From Kiritimatiellia bacterium (GTDB lineage Bacteria > Verrucomicrobiota > Kiritimatiellia > RFP12 > UBA1067): DNA of 64,000 bases. Within the stretch, counting starts at the first letter, position 1. Every line of letters begins with the position of its first letter. Under the pieces are notes generated by a model. The model searched no databases. It had not been told where the DNA came from and worked only from the letters and a program-made list of their open reading frames with translations. This document shows positions 1-10,610 of this stretch, piece after piece. Position numbers and translations under genes: made by a program. The stretch spans positions 31,416-95,415 of the forward strand of contig JAQIBS010000167.1 of NCBI GenBank assembly GCA_027858965.1, read 5' to 3'.

Positions 1-57
1 GTAATGTGCTGGCGCGTGTTGTACTGCCGCCTGAAAACTGCCGCCTGACTCCTGAAT

Positions 58-1434
58 TTACAGTTGTTCGGCAGCGGTTGCGGCCAGCAGGCTACGTTCA
101 CTTTGGCGCAGTGTTACATGGCCATGGATCGGCAGTTCTTTGAGTCTTTCCGCTACATAGGTGAGTCCATTACTGGATGCATCCAGGTAGGGGTTATCAA
201 TCTGGTATGGGTCGCCGGTGAGGATAACTTTAGAGCCTTCTCCTGCGCGACTGATAACAGTTTTTACCTCATGAGGTGTTAAATTCTGAGCTTCATCAAT
301 GATAATGAACTGGTTGCTGATAGAGCGGCCGCGAATATAGGTGAGTGCTTCCAACTCCAGAACATTGGTCTGCATGAGGTGAGAGATGCGGGCCTGAGGG
401 GTGCTCTGTTTAATCGGCTTCTTGGCTCCCTGAGGGGTGGTTGCCGGATGGGTCCTGAAGATATAGTCCAGATTATCGAATATGGGTTCCATCCAGTGGG
501 ATAGCTTTTCCTCTTTGCTGCCCGGGAGATAGCCGATGTCTTTGCCGAGCGGTACAATTGGACGTGAGACTAGAATGCGGTCGTATTGATGGCCATGCTG
601 TACCAGCTCCAGCCCGGCAGCGATTGCCAGGAGGGTTTTGCCTGTTCCGGCCTGTCCGACTAAGGTGACAAGGCTGACTTCAGGATCCATCAGCAACTCA
701 AAGGCGATGCGCTGTTCAATATTACGTGCTTCAATACCGTAGATCACATTTGTTTTGAGATTAATTTCAGCTAAAGATCCGTTGGGAAAAACCCGGGCAA
801 TTGCATGATGGTCATCATCGGTATCGGATTTGAGTTCAAGAAACATGTTGGGAAAGTAGTCGGTGGGAACTGATTCAAGCACCTGTCCGTCATAGATCCG
901 GTCAATCATCTCATTGGTGACTACCAGGGAGGAGAGTCCGCTGTACAGCTCGTCAAAGTTGACTTTCTCATGTTCAAAGTCTTCAGCATCAAGTCCGAGT
1001 GCATTGGCTTTAACGCGTACGTTGATATCCATTGAGACAATGATGACACGTTCGCCTTCGCTTCCAAGGCGGCTGGCCAGTCGGATAATTGAATTGTCGG
1101 CATTGTTTACGGTCAGGCCCAGGGTCTCATCCGTGGGTGAGACCAGCACTCGTAAAGTGCCACCGCATGGGAGCCGGACCCCTTTGGAAAGATTGCCTTC
1201 AGCGCAGAGGGCATCCAGTTTACGGATGCTCTCGCGGGCGTTTCTTCCCAGCTCGGAGCTTTGGGTTTTAAAATTATCCAGCTCTTCCAGTACATCGATT
1301 GCCAGAACAATATGATTGTCGTCAAACACATCCAGCGCTACAGGTGAGTGCAACAGGACGTTGGTGTCCATAACGAATGTTTTTGTTTTAGGCAGTCGTT
1401 TAGCTTTTTTACGTGGTTCTTTTACTGGAGACAT
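58..1434 (-). CDS. PIN-domain PhoH-family ATPase (PhoH2/YlaK-like)
   Basis: N-terminal PIN motif FVMDTNVLLH; Walker A GQAGTGKT; GYLPG, RGRS and IIDEAQN motifs of PhoH. Confidence 0.92.
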   Translation of the reverse strand: MSPVKEPRKKAKRLPKTKTFVMDTNVLLHSPVALDVFDDNHIVLAIDVLEELDNFKTQSSELGRNARESIRKLDALCAEGNLSKGVRLPCGGTLRVLVSPTDETLGLTVNNADNSIIRLASRLGSEGERVIIVSMDINVRVKANALGLDAEDFEHEKVNFDELYSGLSSLVVTNEMIDRIYDGQVLESVPTDYFPNMFLELKSDTDDDHHAIARVFPNGSLAEINLKTNVIYGIEARNIEQRIAFELLMDPEVSLVTLVGQAGTGKTLLAIAAGLELVQHGHQYDRILVSRPIVPLGKDIGYLPGSKEEKLSHWMEPIFDNLDYIFRTHPATTPQGAKKPIKQSTPQARISHLMQTNVLELEALTYIRGRSISNQFIIIDEAQNLTPHEVKTVISRAGEGSKVILTGDPYQIDNPYLDASSNGLTYVAERLKELPIHGHVTLRQSERSLLAATAAEQL

Positions 1435-1449
1435 AGCGAATCAATAAAT

Positions 1450-2838
1450 TTAAGCTGTTTGAAGTTTTTGAGAACGGAAGGTTCTCCATCCAAATATGGA
1501 GATGACAATGAAGCTGATAAGCGGCAGAATGAAAGCAGCGCTTTCTCCTCTAAGAACTGTGAAGCCTATATTGATGGTATCCTGGTCGATGAACCAGCCA
1601 GCGCCCATGGGCATAAGAGCGCCACCTACGATAGCAAAGATAAGTCCGGCTGAGCCAAGTTTGGCATCTTCATCAAGTCCGTCCAGTGCAATGCCATAGA
1701 TCGTCGGGAACATGAGCGACATGCAGGCCGATACGCCTACGAGGCAGACCAGGCCAGCCTGGTTTTGAAGCAGGATTGTGAGGGTGGTCAGAATGGCTCC
1801 TCCTATGGAGAGGATAGTCAGCAGCTTGCTGGCATTTAAGTACTTCATTAGGAACGTACAGATGAAACGGCTGCAGAGGAATATGATCATAGCTACAATA
1901 TTCCAGTTCTGTGCTTTTTCTGCGAGAAAGCCGCAGTTTCTGCCTGCGTACTGGATGATGTAGGTCCAGCAGGTGATCTGTGCTGCTACGTAAAATGTCT
2001 GGGCAATCACACCGCCGACCCAGTTTTTGTTTCGGAAAAGGCGTTTGGCGGATTTAATCGGGTGCAAATGGTCGGCCTTGTGCTGGGCCGGAAGTTTGCT
2101 GAAGAGGAAAATGAAAAAGATTGTTGCAACTACGAGGCCCAGAATAACGTAGGGGTTGCGGATGATTCCGATGTCATGTGTTTTCATCGCTGCATATGCA
2201 ACTTCATTCGCAGGAAGCGTGATATATGCTTTAATAGCTTCCGGCAAGGCTTCGGCTGAGATTCCTTTGTCTGTGAGCATGGTAGTGATGTTTGCGAAGT
2301 ATTTCTCGGCTTGGATGTTTGCCAGAACAATTTTGCTGGCGACAACCATGCCAAGCAGGGAGCCCAGGGGATTGAAGGCCTGGGCCAGGTTAAGGCGTCG
2401 GGTGGCTGTGGCGGGGTCGCCCATTGAGAGAATGTAGGGGTTGGCTGTGGTTTCCAGAAAGGCCAGTCCAAAGGTCAGGATGTAGAGAGAGACAGGAAAC
2501 CAGAAAAAATTCTCCGTGATTGCGGCAGGCAGGAAGAGCAGTGCTCCCAGAGAGTAGAGAGCCAGACCGATAAGAATACCTGATTTATAGGAAAATTTAC
2601 GGATGAATAGCGCTGCTGGGATGGCCATTGTTGCATATCCGCCATAGAAGGCAAACTGCACCAGGCTGCTTTGGGTATTGCTGATTTCAATAAAGACTTT
2701 TTTGAATGCGGCAACCATGGGGTTTGTTATATCGTTTGCAAATCCCCAGAGTGCAAATAGGACTGTTACCAGTATAAAAGATTTAAGAAATTGTTTAGAA
2801 ACGACGGCGATTTTCGAATCATTATTATTCTGGCCCAT
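1450..2838 (-). CDS. fucP: L-fucose:H+ symporter-family MFS permease
   Basis: LFALWGFAND, LVQFAFYGGY, LETTANPY, RRLNLAQAFN and MFPTIY motifs; about 12 hydrophobic segments; substrate not proven. Confidence 0.8.
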   Translation of the reverse strand: MGQNNNDSKIAVVSKQFLKSFILVTVLFALWGFANDITNPMVAAFKKVFIEISNTQSSLVQFAFYGGYATMAIPAALFIRKFSYKSGILIGLALYSLGALLFLPAAITENFFWFPVSLYILTFGLAFLETTANPYILSMGDPATATRRLNLAQAFNPLGSLLGMVVASKIVLANIQAEKYFANITTMLTDKGISAEALPEAIKAYITLPANEVAYAAMKTHDIGIIRNPYVILGLVVATIFFIFLFSKLPAQHKADHLHPIKSAKRLFRNKNWVGGVIAQTFYVAAQITCWTYIIQYAGRNCGFLAEKAQNWNIVAMIIFLCSRFICTFLMKYLNASKLLTILSIGGAILTTLTILLQNQAGLVCLVGVSACMSLMFPTIYGIALDGLDEDAKLGSAGLIFAIVGGALMPMGAGWFIDQDTINIGFTVLRGESAAFILPLISFIVISIFGWRTFRSQKLQTA

Positions 2839-3100
2839 TACATTCTCCCTGTTACACTTTTTATTAATAACTTAGTTAATTAAATATACAGATTTTAGAT
2901 ATAGAATGAAACACTAATTTAGTGGCTTTTTTACGTTTCTTCATCTTTGACAGAGGCACAAAGCCACAGAGGTTATTGCTACGTAGTTATTTAGACGGGA
3001 TTGCCGCTCCCTTCGGTCACTGCCACCACAAGGGTGGCCTTACTACGTTTTCCAGGATTACTATCCGTTCATCATACAAAATATTTTTGAAAAAAACTAA

Positions 3101-3130
3101 AAAATCATGTTAATCATGTAATCCTGTCTA
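3101..3130. repeat. Tandem AATC(A/C)TGT(T) micro-repeat before a gene start
   Basis: aaaatcatgttaatcatgtaatcctgtcta; same family as 25108-25134. Confidence 0.6.
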
Positions 3131-3286
3131 AAATAGTAATTGGAATAAAAAAACTGAGTTGAAATTTTTATGTGCGATGGTACAGTGGGAAATCCTCTAT
3201 ATTATACAGAGTTGCGCACTGAGTGGGTCCATGGTAATATTTCTACATTGGGTATAAGTATTTTAAATCATCACAGGGGTTACAGG

Positions 3287-5038
3287 TTGGCGAAAAAAAC
3301 ACGAAAGATTGGTGAAGTGGCTACGGGGCTGTGGCAGGTGCGGGATGAAAACGGAGCTATTTTTGGGCCGGTGGATTTCAGTGCATTAAAGAGCTGGGTT
3401 GCGGACGGACGAGTTTCGCCGGTCAGTGAAGTATCTTCAGATGGTGAAGAGTGGGTACTGGCTGTGTTGGTTAACGACTTTGAAATGAATTGTGTGGCTG
3501 AGATTGAACCGGGATCTTTTTATGGGCCTATTCATCGTAAGGCAATGCGTGAACTTATTGCGGCTGGTTCGATATCTGCGGATGCGAAGGTTTACTGTAA
3601 AGATTCTAAAATTGAAGCTGCTTCGCAGCCTCACTCTGTTGAGGGAGTGGATCAGGGCGAATACGATGCTGTGTGCGTCCAGCTGGCAGCAGTAAAGGCA
3701 GACAAGGATGCTGTGGATTCTGAGCTGAAGAGTGATAAAGCCAGCATTGCGACCCTGCAGGGTGAAGCTGCCAATGACAAAGCGCTTATGAAATCACTGC
3801 AGGACGGGATTGCCAATGATAAAGCCTGCATTGAGACCCTGCAGGGTGAGATTGCTGAAGATAAAGTTCATATTGATGCATTGCAGGGTGAGATTACCAG
3901 AGGACAAAATTTCGTTGGCTCGCTTCAGGGAGAGGTTGCAAAGGAAAATGAGCGTATTGAATCGTTGCAAGGTGAGATAGTTGTATATAAAAAGGAAATT
4001 TCTGAGCTCCAGAGTGCATTAGATGAAATAACTGGCAAATACCAGATGGAGATCTCTTCTCTTAATGAGGTGAATAACGGATTGAAATCTCAGGTGGATG
4101 CATTAGTAGGGGAACAGAGTGATTTCAGGGTTGAGATAGAGGCTTTACGTAAGAATAATCACGATCAGATTAAGTTGATTGAGGAGAGAGACCGGCTTTA
4201 TGCAGCGGAGTTGAATGAGAAGGAGACAGCCAGCAACCTCAAGATTGAGAGTATGGTTTTGGAGCATGAATCTCTGATTAACAGGATAAAGCATCAGTCG
4301 ATTGAGGAAATTCACAGTTTGCAGGCCTCCAATTTATGTTTGCAGGAAAGTGCAAAATCTTTAAACAACGAGGTTAAAGAGTTGCAGGATGCCAGCCTGG
4401 CATTGGAAGATGAGAAACGAAAGATGGCTGCCGCGGTCCAGAAATCGGGACAATATTCTCTGAAAGAACATGAGATTCATGCAGATGTGATTGCCGTGAA
4501 GGACCGGGAGATCTCTCAGCTGGTTCAGCGGATTGGTGAGTTGGAGCAGAGTAATCAGGGGTTGAAAGAGGAGTTTGTTAAGTATGAAGAGCTGAAAACG
4601 CGCAACGGTTCGAATGATGTTGCGAAACGCAAGCTCGTTGTTATTAAGAATCTTTTTGCAGAGGCTGCCCTGCTATTAGAGGAGGAAGAGGACGGTTCGG
4701 TTGAGGCTGAGGGTGAGTCTGGCTCCAGTGATAGGGCGGGTGACGTTATTGAGCCTGAACTTTTGGACTATGAGGAGCTCCCCGTTGAAGAGTTGAAAGC
4801 AAAAAAGAACCCTCCGGTTGTGGTAAAGGATACGGTAAAAGAAAAAAAGGTATCGCGGAGTGTGCCTAAAAAGGCAAAAGAATCTAAGGCCAATGGAGAA
4901 AAGAAGTGGCCGTTTGGAAAAGGTAAAAAGAGCTTTAGTCAGGATTCTCTGGCCGAATTAGAGGCTCAGGCCCAGATGGAATTGCAGAGGATCTCCTCGT
5001 CACGGGATATTTCAGCAATATTTGAGAAGAAGAAGTGA
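3287..5038 (+). CDS. Tandem GYF_2-like domain plus long coiled-coil protein
   Basis: Probable TTG start at 3287 after AGGGGT (ORF track starts 3170); two W/F-x-(F/Y)GP-x-L modules, heptad-rich body, acidic then basic tail. Confidence 0.7.
   Translation: MAKKTRKIGEVATGLWQVRDENGAIFGPVDFSALKSWVADGRVSPVSEVSSDGEEWVLAVLVNDFEMNCVAEIEPGSFYGPIHRKAMRELIAAGSISADAKVYCKDSKIEAASQPHSVEGVDQGEYDAVCVQLAAVKADKDAVDSELKSDKASIATLQGEAANDKALMKSLQDGIANDKACIETLQGEIAEDKVHIDALQGEITRGQNFVGSLQGEVAKENERIESLQGEIVVYKKEISELQSALDEITGKYQMEISSLNEVNNGLKSQVDALVGEQSDFRVEIEALRKNNHDQIKLIEERDRLYAAELNEKETASNLKIESMVLEHESLINRIKHQSIEEIHSLQASNLCLQESAKSLNNEVKELQDASLALEDEKRKMAAAVQKSGQYSLKEHEIHADVIAVKDREISQLVQRIGELEQSNQGLKEEFVKYEELKTRNGSNDVAKRKLVVIKNLFAEAALLLEEEEDGSVEAEGESGSSDRAGDVIEPELLDYEELPVEELKAKKNPPVVVKDTVKEKKVSRSVPKKAKESKANGEKKWPFGKGKKSFSQDSLAELEAQAQMELQRISSSRDISAIFEKKK
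3734..3985 (+). repeat. Six degenerate 42-bp (14-aa) in-frame tandem repeats
   Basis: DKASIATLQGEAAN / DKALMKSLQDGIAN / DKACIETLQGEIAE / DKVHIDALQGEITR / GQNFVGSLQGEVAK / ENERIESLQGEIVV. Confidence 0.85.
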
Positions 5039-5099
5039 ATTGATAATAGCAGAGGAATCCGGTAAAATTCCGCTCTGTATCTATAAATTATAAAATCAT

Positions 5100-6677
5100 A
5101 TGGCAAAATCAAATAAAGAGTCTGGCTCTCAGCAATGGTTTCTTCGCACTGGAGTAAACGCTGAGTTTGGCCCAATAGAGAAAAACGGCTTGCAGTTGTG
5201 GGCTGAGCAGGCCCGTATACTTCCCGGTCATGAAGTTTCCTCTGACAGAGTTAACTGGGTGTCTGCTACATCAATCGATTTTCTGGATATGAACTGGTTT
5301 ATTGATGATGGCGATGGAGATTTGAAGGGGCCGTTGAATCATCTGGCTGCCGAGACTTTGATTAAGAACGGTAAGTTTTCTGAGGGCGCACGTATTATCG
5401 CCGCAGATCAGATTGATGCTCCTAGGAGTGAATCCGAGGAAAAACCGCTGTTAGAGAAAAAGGTGGTGGTGGTGGCTCCTGTTGTACTGGAAAAGAAAGA
5501 GAAGCCTAAGTCTGCCCCTGTGAAACTGGATTCCTTTGAACATGATGAACTTGATGGAGAACGTGATGCGGCTAAAGCGATGCTCTCTGCGATGAAGCTT
5601 GAACAGGAGCAAACGAAGAAAAAGGCCCAGGAGCTTGAGCTCAAAGTAAAACAGCTGGAAAAACTTCTGAGACAATCTAAGAATGAACAGAAGCAGCTGG
5701 AAGAACGTTATGTCAGCAGTGATGATCACCAGTCGCTGGTAACGGAAAACACGGCATTGCGTCGTGAATTGAATGGTGTTAAGAAGCGCTCTGATGATTT
5801 GCAGGAGGCTGGCCGTGAAAAAGAGGTGCAGATTGAGCGATTGAAGAGAGATGTTGCTGACAAAAACAAGAAGTTGGCCGTAAGCGAACAAACGATCATG
5901 GATGTTGTAAAGGCCCGTGAGAGTGCCTTGCAGCAATGCAGGGAGAGCGAACGCTCCTTTGCCCGTTTATTGAGCGATGCTAATAAAAGAGATATTGATT
6001 ATAAAACGAAGATTGAGGCGTTGAAGAAAACGAGTACATTGAGCCCCGAGGCAACGAGTCGTTTTTACAGTGATCAAAATGCGGTCTTTCAGATTTTAAA
6101 GCGTGAGGCGGATTCAATTACGAAAAAATTGGAGGCTGAGAGAGAGCACCTGAATGCGCTTAAATCCATGGGAGCACGCCGACAGCAGGAGCTGCAAAAT
6201 CAGCGACAGATCTTACAGAATCAGATTGGTAACAGTCCGCTTGAAATGACCAGTCGTGTGCTGCGGGAGCAGACAGTTGACCCCAATGCGGTGAGAATTC
6301 GTTCGGAACTGGATAACTTGAAGATTGCTCATGAGCGTACTTGCCGTCGGGCAGAGGAACGCGAACGGGAGTTGAATCTTAAATTGAAGGTGATGCATTC
6401 GGATTGTAATAAGCTGATGGAGCAGTTGCTGGAGAAGGCAGAGGAGAGTCTTGTCAACCAGAAATTACAAGATCAGCTGGCTGATTCGGAGCAGGCGTTG
6501 GTTGAAATTCGTCGGAATTATGAGGCGGAGCGTAAGCAGTTTATGGCCAACAATAATACTATGATAGCCCGGATTGATGAGCTGGAAAATGGAGTTAAGG
6601 GTGCGGTACCCGAAGTTGTTCAGTCATCAGAAGCTCGGGGCGTTAAGCTGGCTTCATGGATGTCATTTAAAAAATAA
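5100..6677 (+). CDS. Paralogous tandem GYF_2-like plus coiled-coil protein
   Basis: QWFLR..EFGPI..LQLWAEQARILPGHEVSSD aligns with LWQVR..IFGPV..LKSWVADGRVSPVSEVSSD of the upstream gene; coiled-coil body. Confidence 0.7.
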   Translation: MAKSNKESGSQQWFLRTGVNAEFGPIEKNGLQLWAEQARILPGHEVSSDRVNWVSATSIDFLDMNWFIDDGDGDLKGPLNHLAAETLIKNGKFSEGARIIAADQIDAPRSESEEKPLLEKKVVVVAPVVLEKKEKPKSAPVKLDSFEHDELDGERDAAKAMLSAMKLEQEQTKKKAQELELKVKQLEKLLRQSKNEQKQLEERYVSSDDHQSLVTENTALRRELNGVKKRSDDLQEAGREKEVQIERLKRDVADKNKKLAVSEQTIMDVVKARESALQQCRESERSFARLLSDANKRDIDYKTKIEALKKTSTLSPEATSRFYSDQNAVFQILKREADSITKKLEAEREHLNALKSMGARRQQELQNQRQILQNQIGNSPLEMTSRVLREQTVDPNAVRIRSELDNLKIAHERTCRRAEERERELNLKLKVMHSDCNKLMEQLLEKAEESLVNQKLQDQLADSEQALVEIRRNYEAERKQFMANNNTMIARIDELENGVKGAVPEVVQSSEARGVKLASWMSFKK

Positions 6678-6717
6678 GGAAGACCGGTTGATCTTTATTC
6701 AATCGGATGAGATATAA

Positions 6718-7428
6718 ATGAGTTCTGAGAATGATAAAGTGATTGTGCATGGAATACCCGGGGAGGGAGCCCGTGCCAAAGGTGTTATAAAAGGGATAAT
6801 TCCTCTTTTGCTAAGTATCTTCCTCTTTGGTTTATTCTCGGGGATAATACTGCCTGTTAAGGCAGCCGGGGTTGTATTGATCGGGTTTGTTGCTGTTTTT
6901 GTGGTTATGCTGTGGATGGCGTATAATTCCTATAGTGGGGTTGAATCATATTTTAAAGGGGCTCGCGGAGAAGAAATTGTTGCGGTTTGGCTCTCATCCC
7001 TGCCTGATGCTTATCATGTTTTTCATGATGTAGATGTGAGAGGAAGTGTCTCTCTTGATCATCTGGTGGTTGGTCCGGCTGGTATTTTTGTTATTGAAAC
7101 AAAGTTTTGGTCTGGTCGTGTGACCAGTGATGGATCATCTCTTCTTGTTGACGGGATTTCGCCCAGTCGCTCTCCCCGTGCTCAGGTGATGGATGAGGTG
7201 CAATCACTGGCTGGATTTCTCTCTCAGAAGATGAGCGATCGGCCGGTTGTAACTCCGGTAGTTTGTTTTGCTGGTAATACACTGGTTGTTGAGGGTGGCG
7301 GAAATAGTATTTTATTGGGGGATGTTGCCGTATGCAATGTCAATGATCTTTGTGATTTGATCACAAAGGGTGGCGAAGTTCTTTCAGCTGTGGATATCGA
7401 AAGATTTATTAAATTATTGGAGTATTAA
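6718..7428 (+). CDS. Membrane-anchored NERD (nuclease-related domain) protein
   Basis: Two N-terminal hydrophobic helices, then KGARGEE, LDHLVVGPAGIFVIETK. Confidence 0.85.
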   Translation: MSSENDKVIVHGIPGEGARAKGVIKGIIPLLLSIFLFGLFSGIILPVKAAGVVLIGFVAVFVVMLWMAYNSYSGVESYFKGARGEEIVAVWLSSLPDAYHVFHDVDVRGSVSLDHLVVGPAGIFVIETKFWSGRVTSDGSSLLVDGISPSRSPRAQVMDEVQSLAGFLSQKMSDRPVVTPVVCFAGNTLVVEGGGNSILLGDVAVCNVNDLCDLITKGGEVLSAVDIERFIKLLEY

Positions 7429-7432
7429 ATAT

Positions 7433-9667
7433 ATGAAAAACTTAAGTTTATTATTAGTTTGCCTTTTATTTTTGCCTGTTTTCGGTGTGCGCGGAGTCGC
7501 TGTTAAGAATGAGCCGGTTCCTCAGGATTACTATGGCGCAATCTCAAAAAAGCTGGCTCGGGCATTGTCTATGGGGCATGTCTCACAAAAACCTTTGACT
7601 GATAATGTCTCGCGTCAGGCATGGACAAATCTTCTGGATTTATTTGATTTTGACCGGTGCTATTTTTTGCAGAGTGATATTAATTCATTTACCAATGTTG
7701 AAGAGAAGATTGATAATATGATTAAGGATGGGAATGTATCTTTTCCTTATCAGGTTTACTCCGTTTTTCTGCATCGTGTACAGGATCGTTATAATTTTGT
7801 TACAAATCGGCTAAGTAAAGATTTTGATTTTGAGATTGATGAAGACTATACGATCAGACGTAAGGACGTTGCTATCTGGCCTGCTGATCAGAAGGCGCAG
7901 GATGAACTCTGGCGTAAGCGCATGAAGAGTGATCTTCTGGGTATGATTCTCAGTCGGGAACTGGCTGAGTCTGCTTCCACAAATAAGAGTGTTGCCGCTG
8001 TTAAGAGTGCTGCTGTTACGAATACACTTTCCGCTGCTGGCGAGAGTACCAATTCTGTTAAGTCTGCTGACAGTGCCGCTCCTAAAAAACCGCCATTGAC
8101 GCCTGCCGAGAATATCGCAAAGCGTTATAAGCAATATGTGCAGATTATTGAGGATATGGATGAAGAGGCAATTCTGCAGCGTTTTCTGAGTGCCGTTTCT
8201 CATGCGTATGATCCACATACTGACTATATGTCTCCAATGCGCAAAGAGGACTTTGATATTGACATGAATCTTTCCCTGTGCGGAATTGGTGCTTCGCTTC
8301 GTACAGAGGATGGTATGGCCAAGATTATGGGGATTATACCGGGCGGCCCGGCTGACAAAGATAAACGTGATATCCGCTTGACCAATGGCGACAAAATTAT
8401 TGGTGTAGGGCAGGATGATGACCCGATTGAGGATATTGTGCATTTGCCCCTCAGTAAGTCGGTGCGCAAGATCAGGGGCAAGAAGGGAACCAAGGTTGTT
8501 CTTGAGGTTATACCCGCTTCTGATCCAAGTGGTACTACCACTAAGATGGTTGATTTGATCCGAGACAATGTTAAACTTGAAGAGCAGGCTGCCACCGGAC
8601 ATGTTTCACGTGTGACGCTTGATGATGGACAGCAGCGTAAGATTGGTGTTGTGAGACTACCTACTTTTTATGCCACAATGGATAAACGTCTAGGGCAGCC
8701 GGGCTTCAGAAGTGCTACTGTGGATATCGCAAAATATATCGCTAAATTTAATAGCGAAGATGTGGAAGGCATGATTTTAGATCTCAGAAATAACGGGGGT
8801 GGGTCTTTGAGAGAGGCTATCAGTCTGACCGGTTTATTTATTCGCAGCGGTCCGGTTGTTCAGGTTCGCGAATCGAATAGAATTTTGGTTATGCCTGTTC
8901 CTAATATTGATGGAGCGCTTTCATTCAGGAAACCGGTTGCGGTTCTGATTAATCGTGCGAGTGCATCTGCTTCCGAGATTGTGGCAGGCGCATTACAGGA
9001 TTATGGTCGTGCGATTATTATTGGTGACAGTAAGTCTCATGGTAAGGGAACTGTTCAGACGGTGCTTCCACTGGGATCACAGAAATACGGTTCACTTAAA
9101 GTGACTACGGCAAGTTTTTACAGGATCAATGGTGCCTCAACCCAGCTTAAGGGAGTTCACTCTGATATTGTGATTCCCTCAAAGCTTGAGGGACTTGATA
9201 TTGGCGAGGATAAGCTGGGAGGGGCTTTGCCCTGGACTGAGGTTGAACCGGCTATGTTTGTTCCTGTTTTTGATATGCACCAATTTACAACTGAGCTTAA
9301 GAAGAAGTCGGCAGAGAGACTGGCCGAAAACAAGAAGTATTTGCGTTACTGCAAGCAGGTTCACGGTTTTGAAGAGGCTTATGAACGTAAGACGGTGCCT
9401 TTGCAGAGAGAGAGGCGCAAGAAGCTTATGGAAGCTGATCGTGCGTTAGGTGAAATGGATGATGAAAAGGTTGATGGGGTAGATTCTGTCTTGCTTCCCG
9501 ATGATGCGCCAGCTGTCAAAGATGCAGACAAAGATGATATTGTTTTGACTGAGTCGATGAACATACTCTCTGATTTGATTGAAATATCAGGCGGAGCAGA
9601 AATGGATATAGAGACTGAAGGAGATCTGTCCACTAGATTGATGCAGATTTTCGGGGGTACTAAGTAA
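7433..9667 (+). CDS. prc: Carboxy-terminal processing protease (S41A, Prc/Tsp)
   Basis: Signal peptide from M at 7433; YDPHTDY, PDZ GIGASL, DLRNNGGGSL, SASASEI, GKGTVQ. Confidence 0.9.
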   Translation: MKNLSLLLVCLLFLPVFGVRGVAVKNEPVPQDYYGAISKKLARALSMGHVSQKPLTDNVSRQAWTNLLDLFDFDRCYFLQSDINSFTNVEEKIDNMIKDGNVSFPYQVYSVFLHRVQDRYNFVTNRLSKDFDFEIDEDYTIRRKDVAIWPADQKAQDELWRKRMKSDLLGMILSRELAESASTNKSVAAVKSAAVTNTLSAAGESTNSVKSADSAAPKKPPLTPAENIAKRYKQYVQIIEDMDEEAILQRFLSAVSHAYDPHTDYMSPMRKEDFDIDMNLSLCGIGASLRTEDGMAKIMGIIPGGPADKDKRDIRLTNGDKIIGVGQDDDPIEDIVHLPLSKSVRKIRGKKGTKVVLEVIPASDPSGTTTKMVDLIRDNVKLEEQAATGHVSRVTLDDGQQRKIGVVRLPTFYATMDKRLGQPGFRSATVDIAKYIAKFNSEDVEGMILDLRNNGGGSLREAISLTGLFIRSGPVVQVRESNRILVMPVPNIDGALSFRKPVAVLINRASASASEIVAGALQDYGRAIIIGDSKSHGKGTVQTVLPLGSQKYGSLKVTTASFYRINGASTQLKGVHSDIVIPSKLEGLDIGEDKLGGALPWTEVEPAMFVPVFDMHQFTTELKKKSAERLAENKKYLRYCKQVHGFEEAYERKTVPLQRERRKKLMEADRALGEMDDEKVDGVDSVLLPDDAPAVKDADKDDIVLTESMNILSDLIEISGGAEMDIETEGDLSTRLMQIFGGTK

Positions 9668-9697
9668 GCAGCAATTGCATGTAAAAAGGGGGGGGAT

Positions 9698-10537
9698 ATG
9701 AAAATTAAATTTTTGAAGATGCATGGTGCAGGTAATGATTTTGTTTTGATTGATGATCGTCAGGAGCATGTTCCCTGGGAGGATCATTTTCGGATGGCAG
9801 CTTTGGCCAGTCGCCGCACCGGTATTGGGTGCGAAGGCATTATTCTTGTGCAGGAATCGGATAAAGCTGATTTTAAGATGAGGTTTCTTAATCCCGATGG
9901 CACTGAAGTGGAGCTGTGCGGGAATGGATCGCGTTGCGCAGCGGCGTTTGCTTATTCAATTGGAGCAGCTGGGAAAGAGTTGACGATTGAGACAACCTTT
10001 TGTGGGTTGATCGGTGCGAAAATCACTGATAAGGGAGTTTGTGTCTGGATGCCGGAGCCGACGCATCGCGAGTATGGTCTTGAGCTTAATGTTGGCGATG
10101 AAATAATTAAAGGTGATTTTATTAAAATGGGTGTTCCTCATCTGGTGGTGCAGGTGCCTAATGTCAATGTCGTGGATGTGGATGCGTTAGGTCGTGCTCT
10201 GCGATTGCATCCTGTTTTCGAGCCGGGTGGAACCAATGTTGATTTTGTGACCTTCCGTGCGCCTAGCCGCATGACAATGCGGACCTATGAACGTGGTGTT
10301 GAGGCTGAGTCCGGTGCTTGTGGAACAGGGGCTGTTGCATGTGGCGTTGTTGCCGTTGAAACCGCTGGGTTCACATTGCCGATCAAGGTGAAAACGCCCT
10401 CTGGATTTGATATTATGGTGGGTGGTGACTGGCGTAAATGCAAGTGTACCGGCTTGACACTGACTGGCCCTGTTAAATTTGTGTATGAGGGCGTGATTGA
10501 TCTGGATGAGCTTGAAATGGGCGGCGATGTTGATTAG
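9698..10537 (+). CDS. dapF: Diaminopimelate epimerase
   Basis: KMHGAGNDF, CGNGSRC, ERGVEAESGACGTG. Confidence 0.96.
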   Translation: MKIKFLKMHGAGNDFVLIDDRQEHVPWEDHFRMAALASRRTGIGCEGIILVQESDKADFKMRFLNPDGTEVELCGNGSRCAAAFAYSIGAAGKELTIETTFCGLIGAKITDKGVCVWMPEPTHREYGLELNVGDEIIKGDFIKMGVPHLVVQVPNVNVVDVDALGRALRLHPVFEPGGTNVDFVTFRAPSRMTMRTYERGVEAESGACGTGAVACGVVAVETAGFTLPIKVKTPSGFDIMVGGDWRKCKCTGLTLTGPVKFVYEGVIDLDELEMGGDVD

Positions 10538-10610
10538 CTTTGTATCCATGACGCGTATTATTAAAATTGGGTTGCGGATAAGTGCCGTACAGATTTCAGG
10601 TGAATTATAG

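Noticed and set aside
9688-9695. G8 run before dapF (and G7 near 12412) as phase-variable tracts
   Set aside because: Short runs; the first doubles as a Shine-Dalgarno of a housekeeping gene
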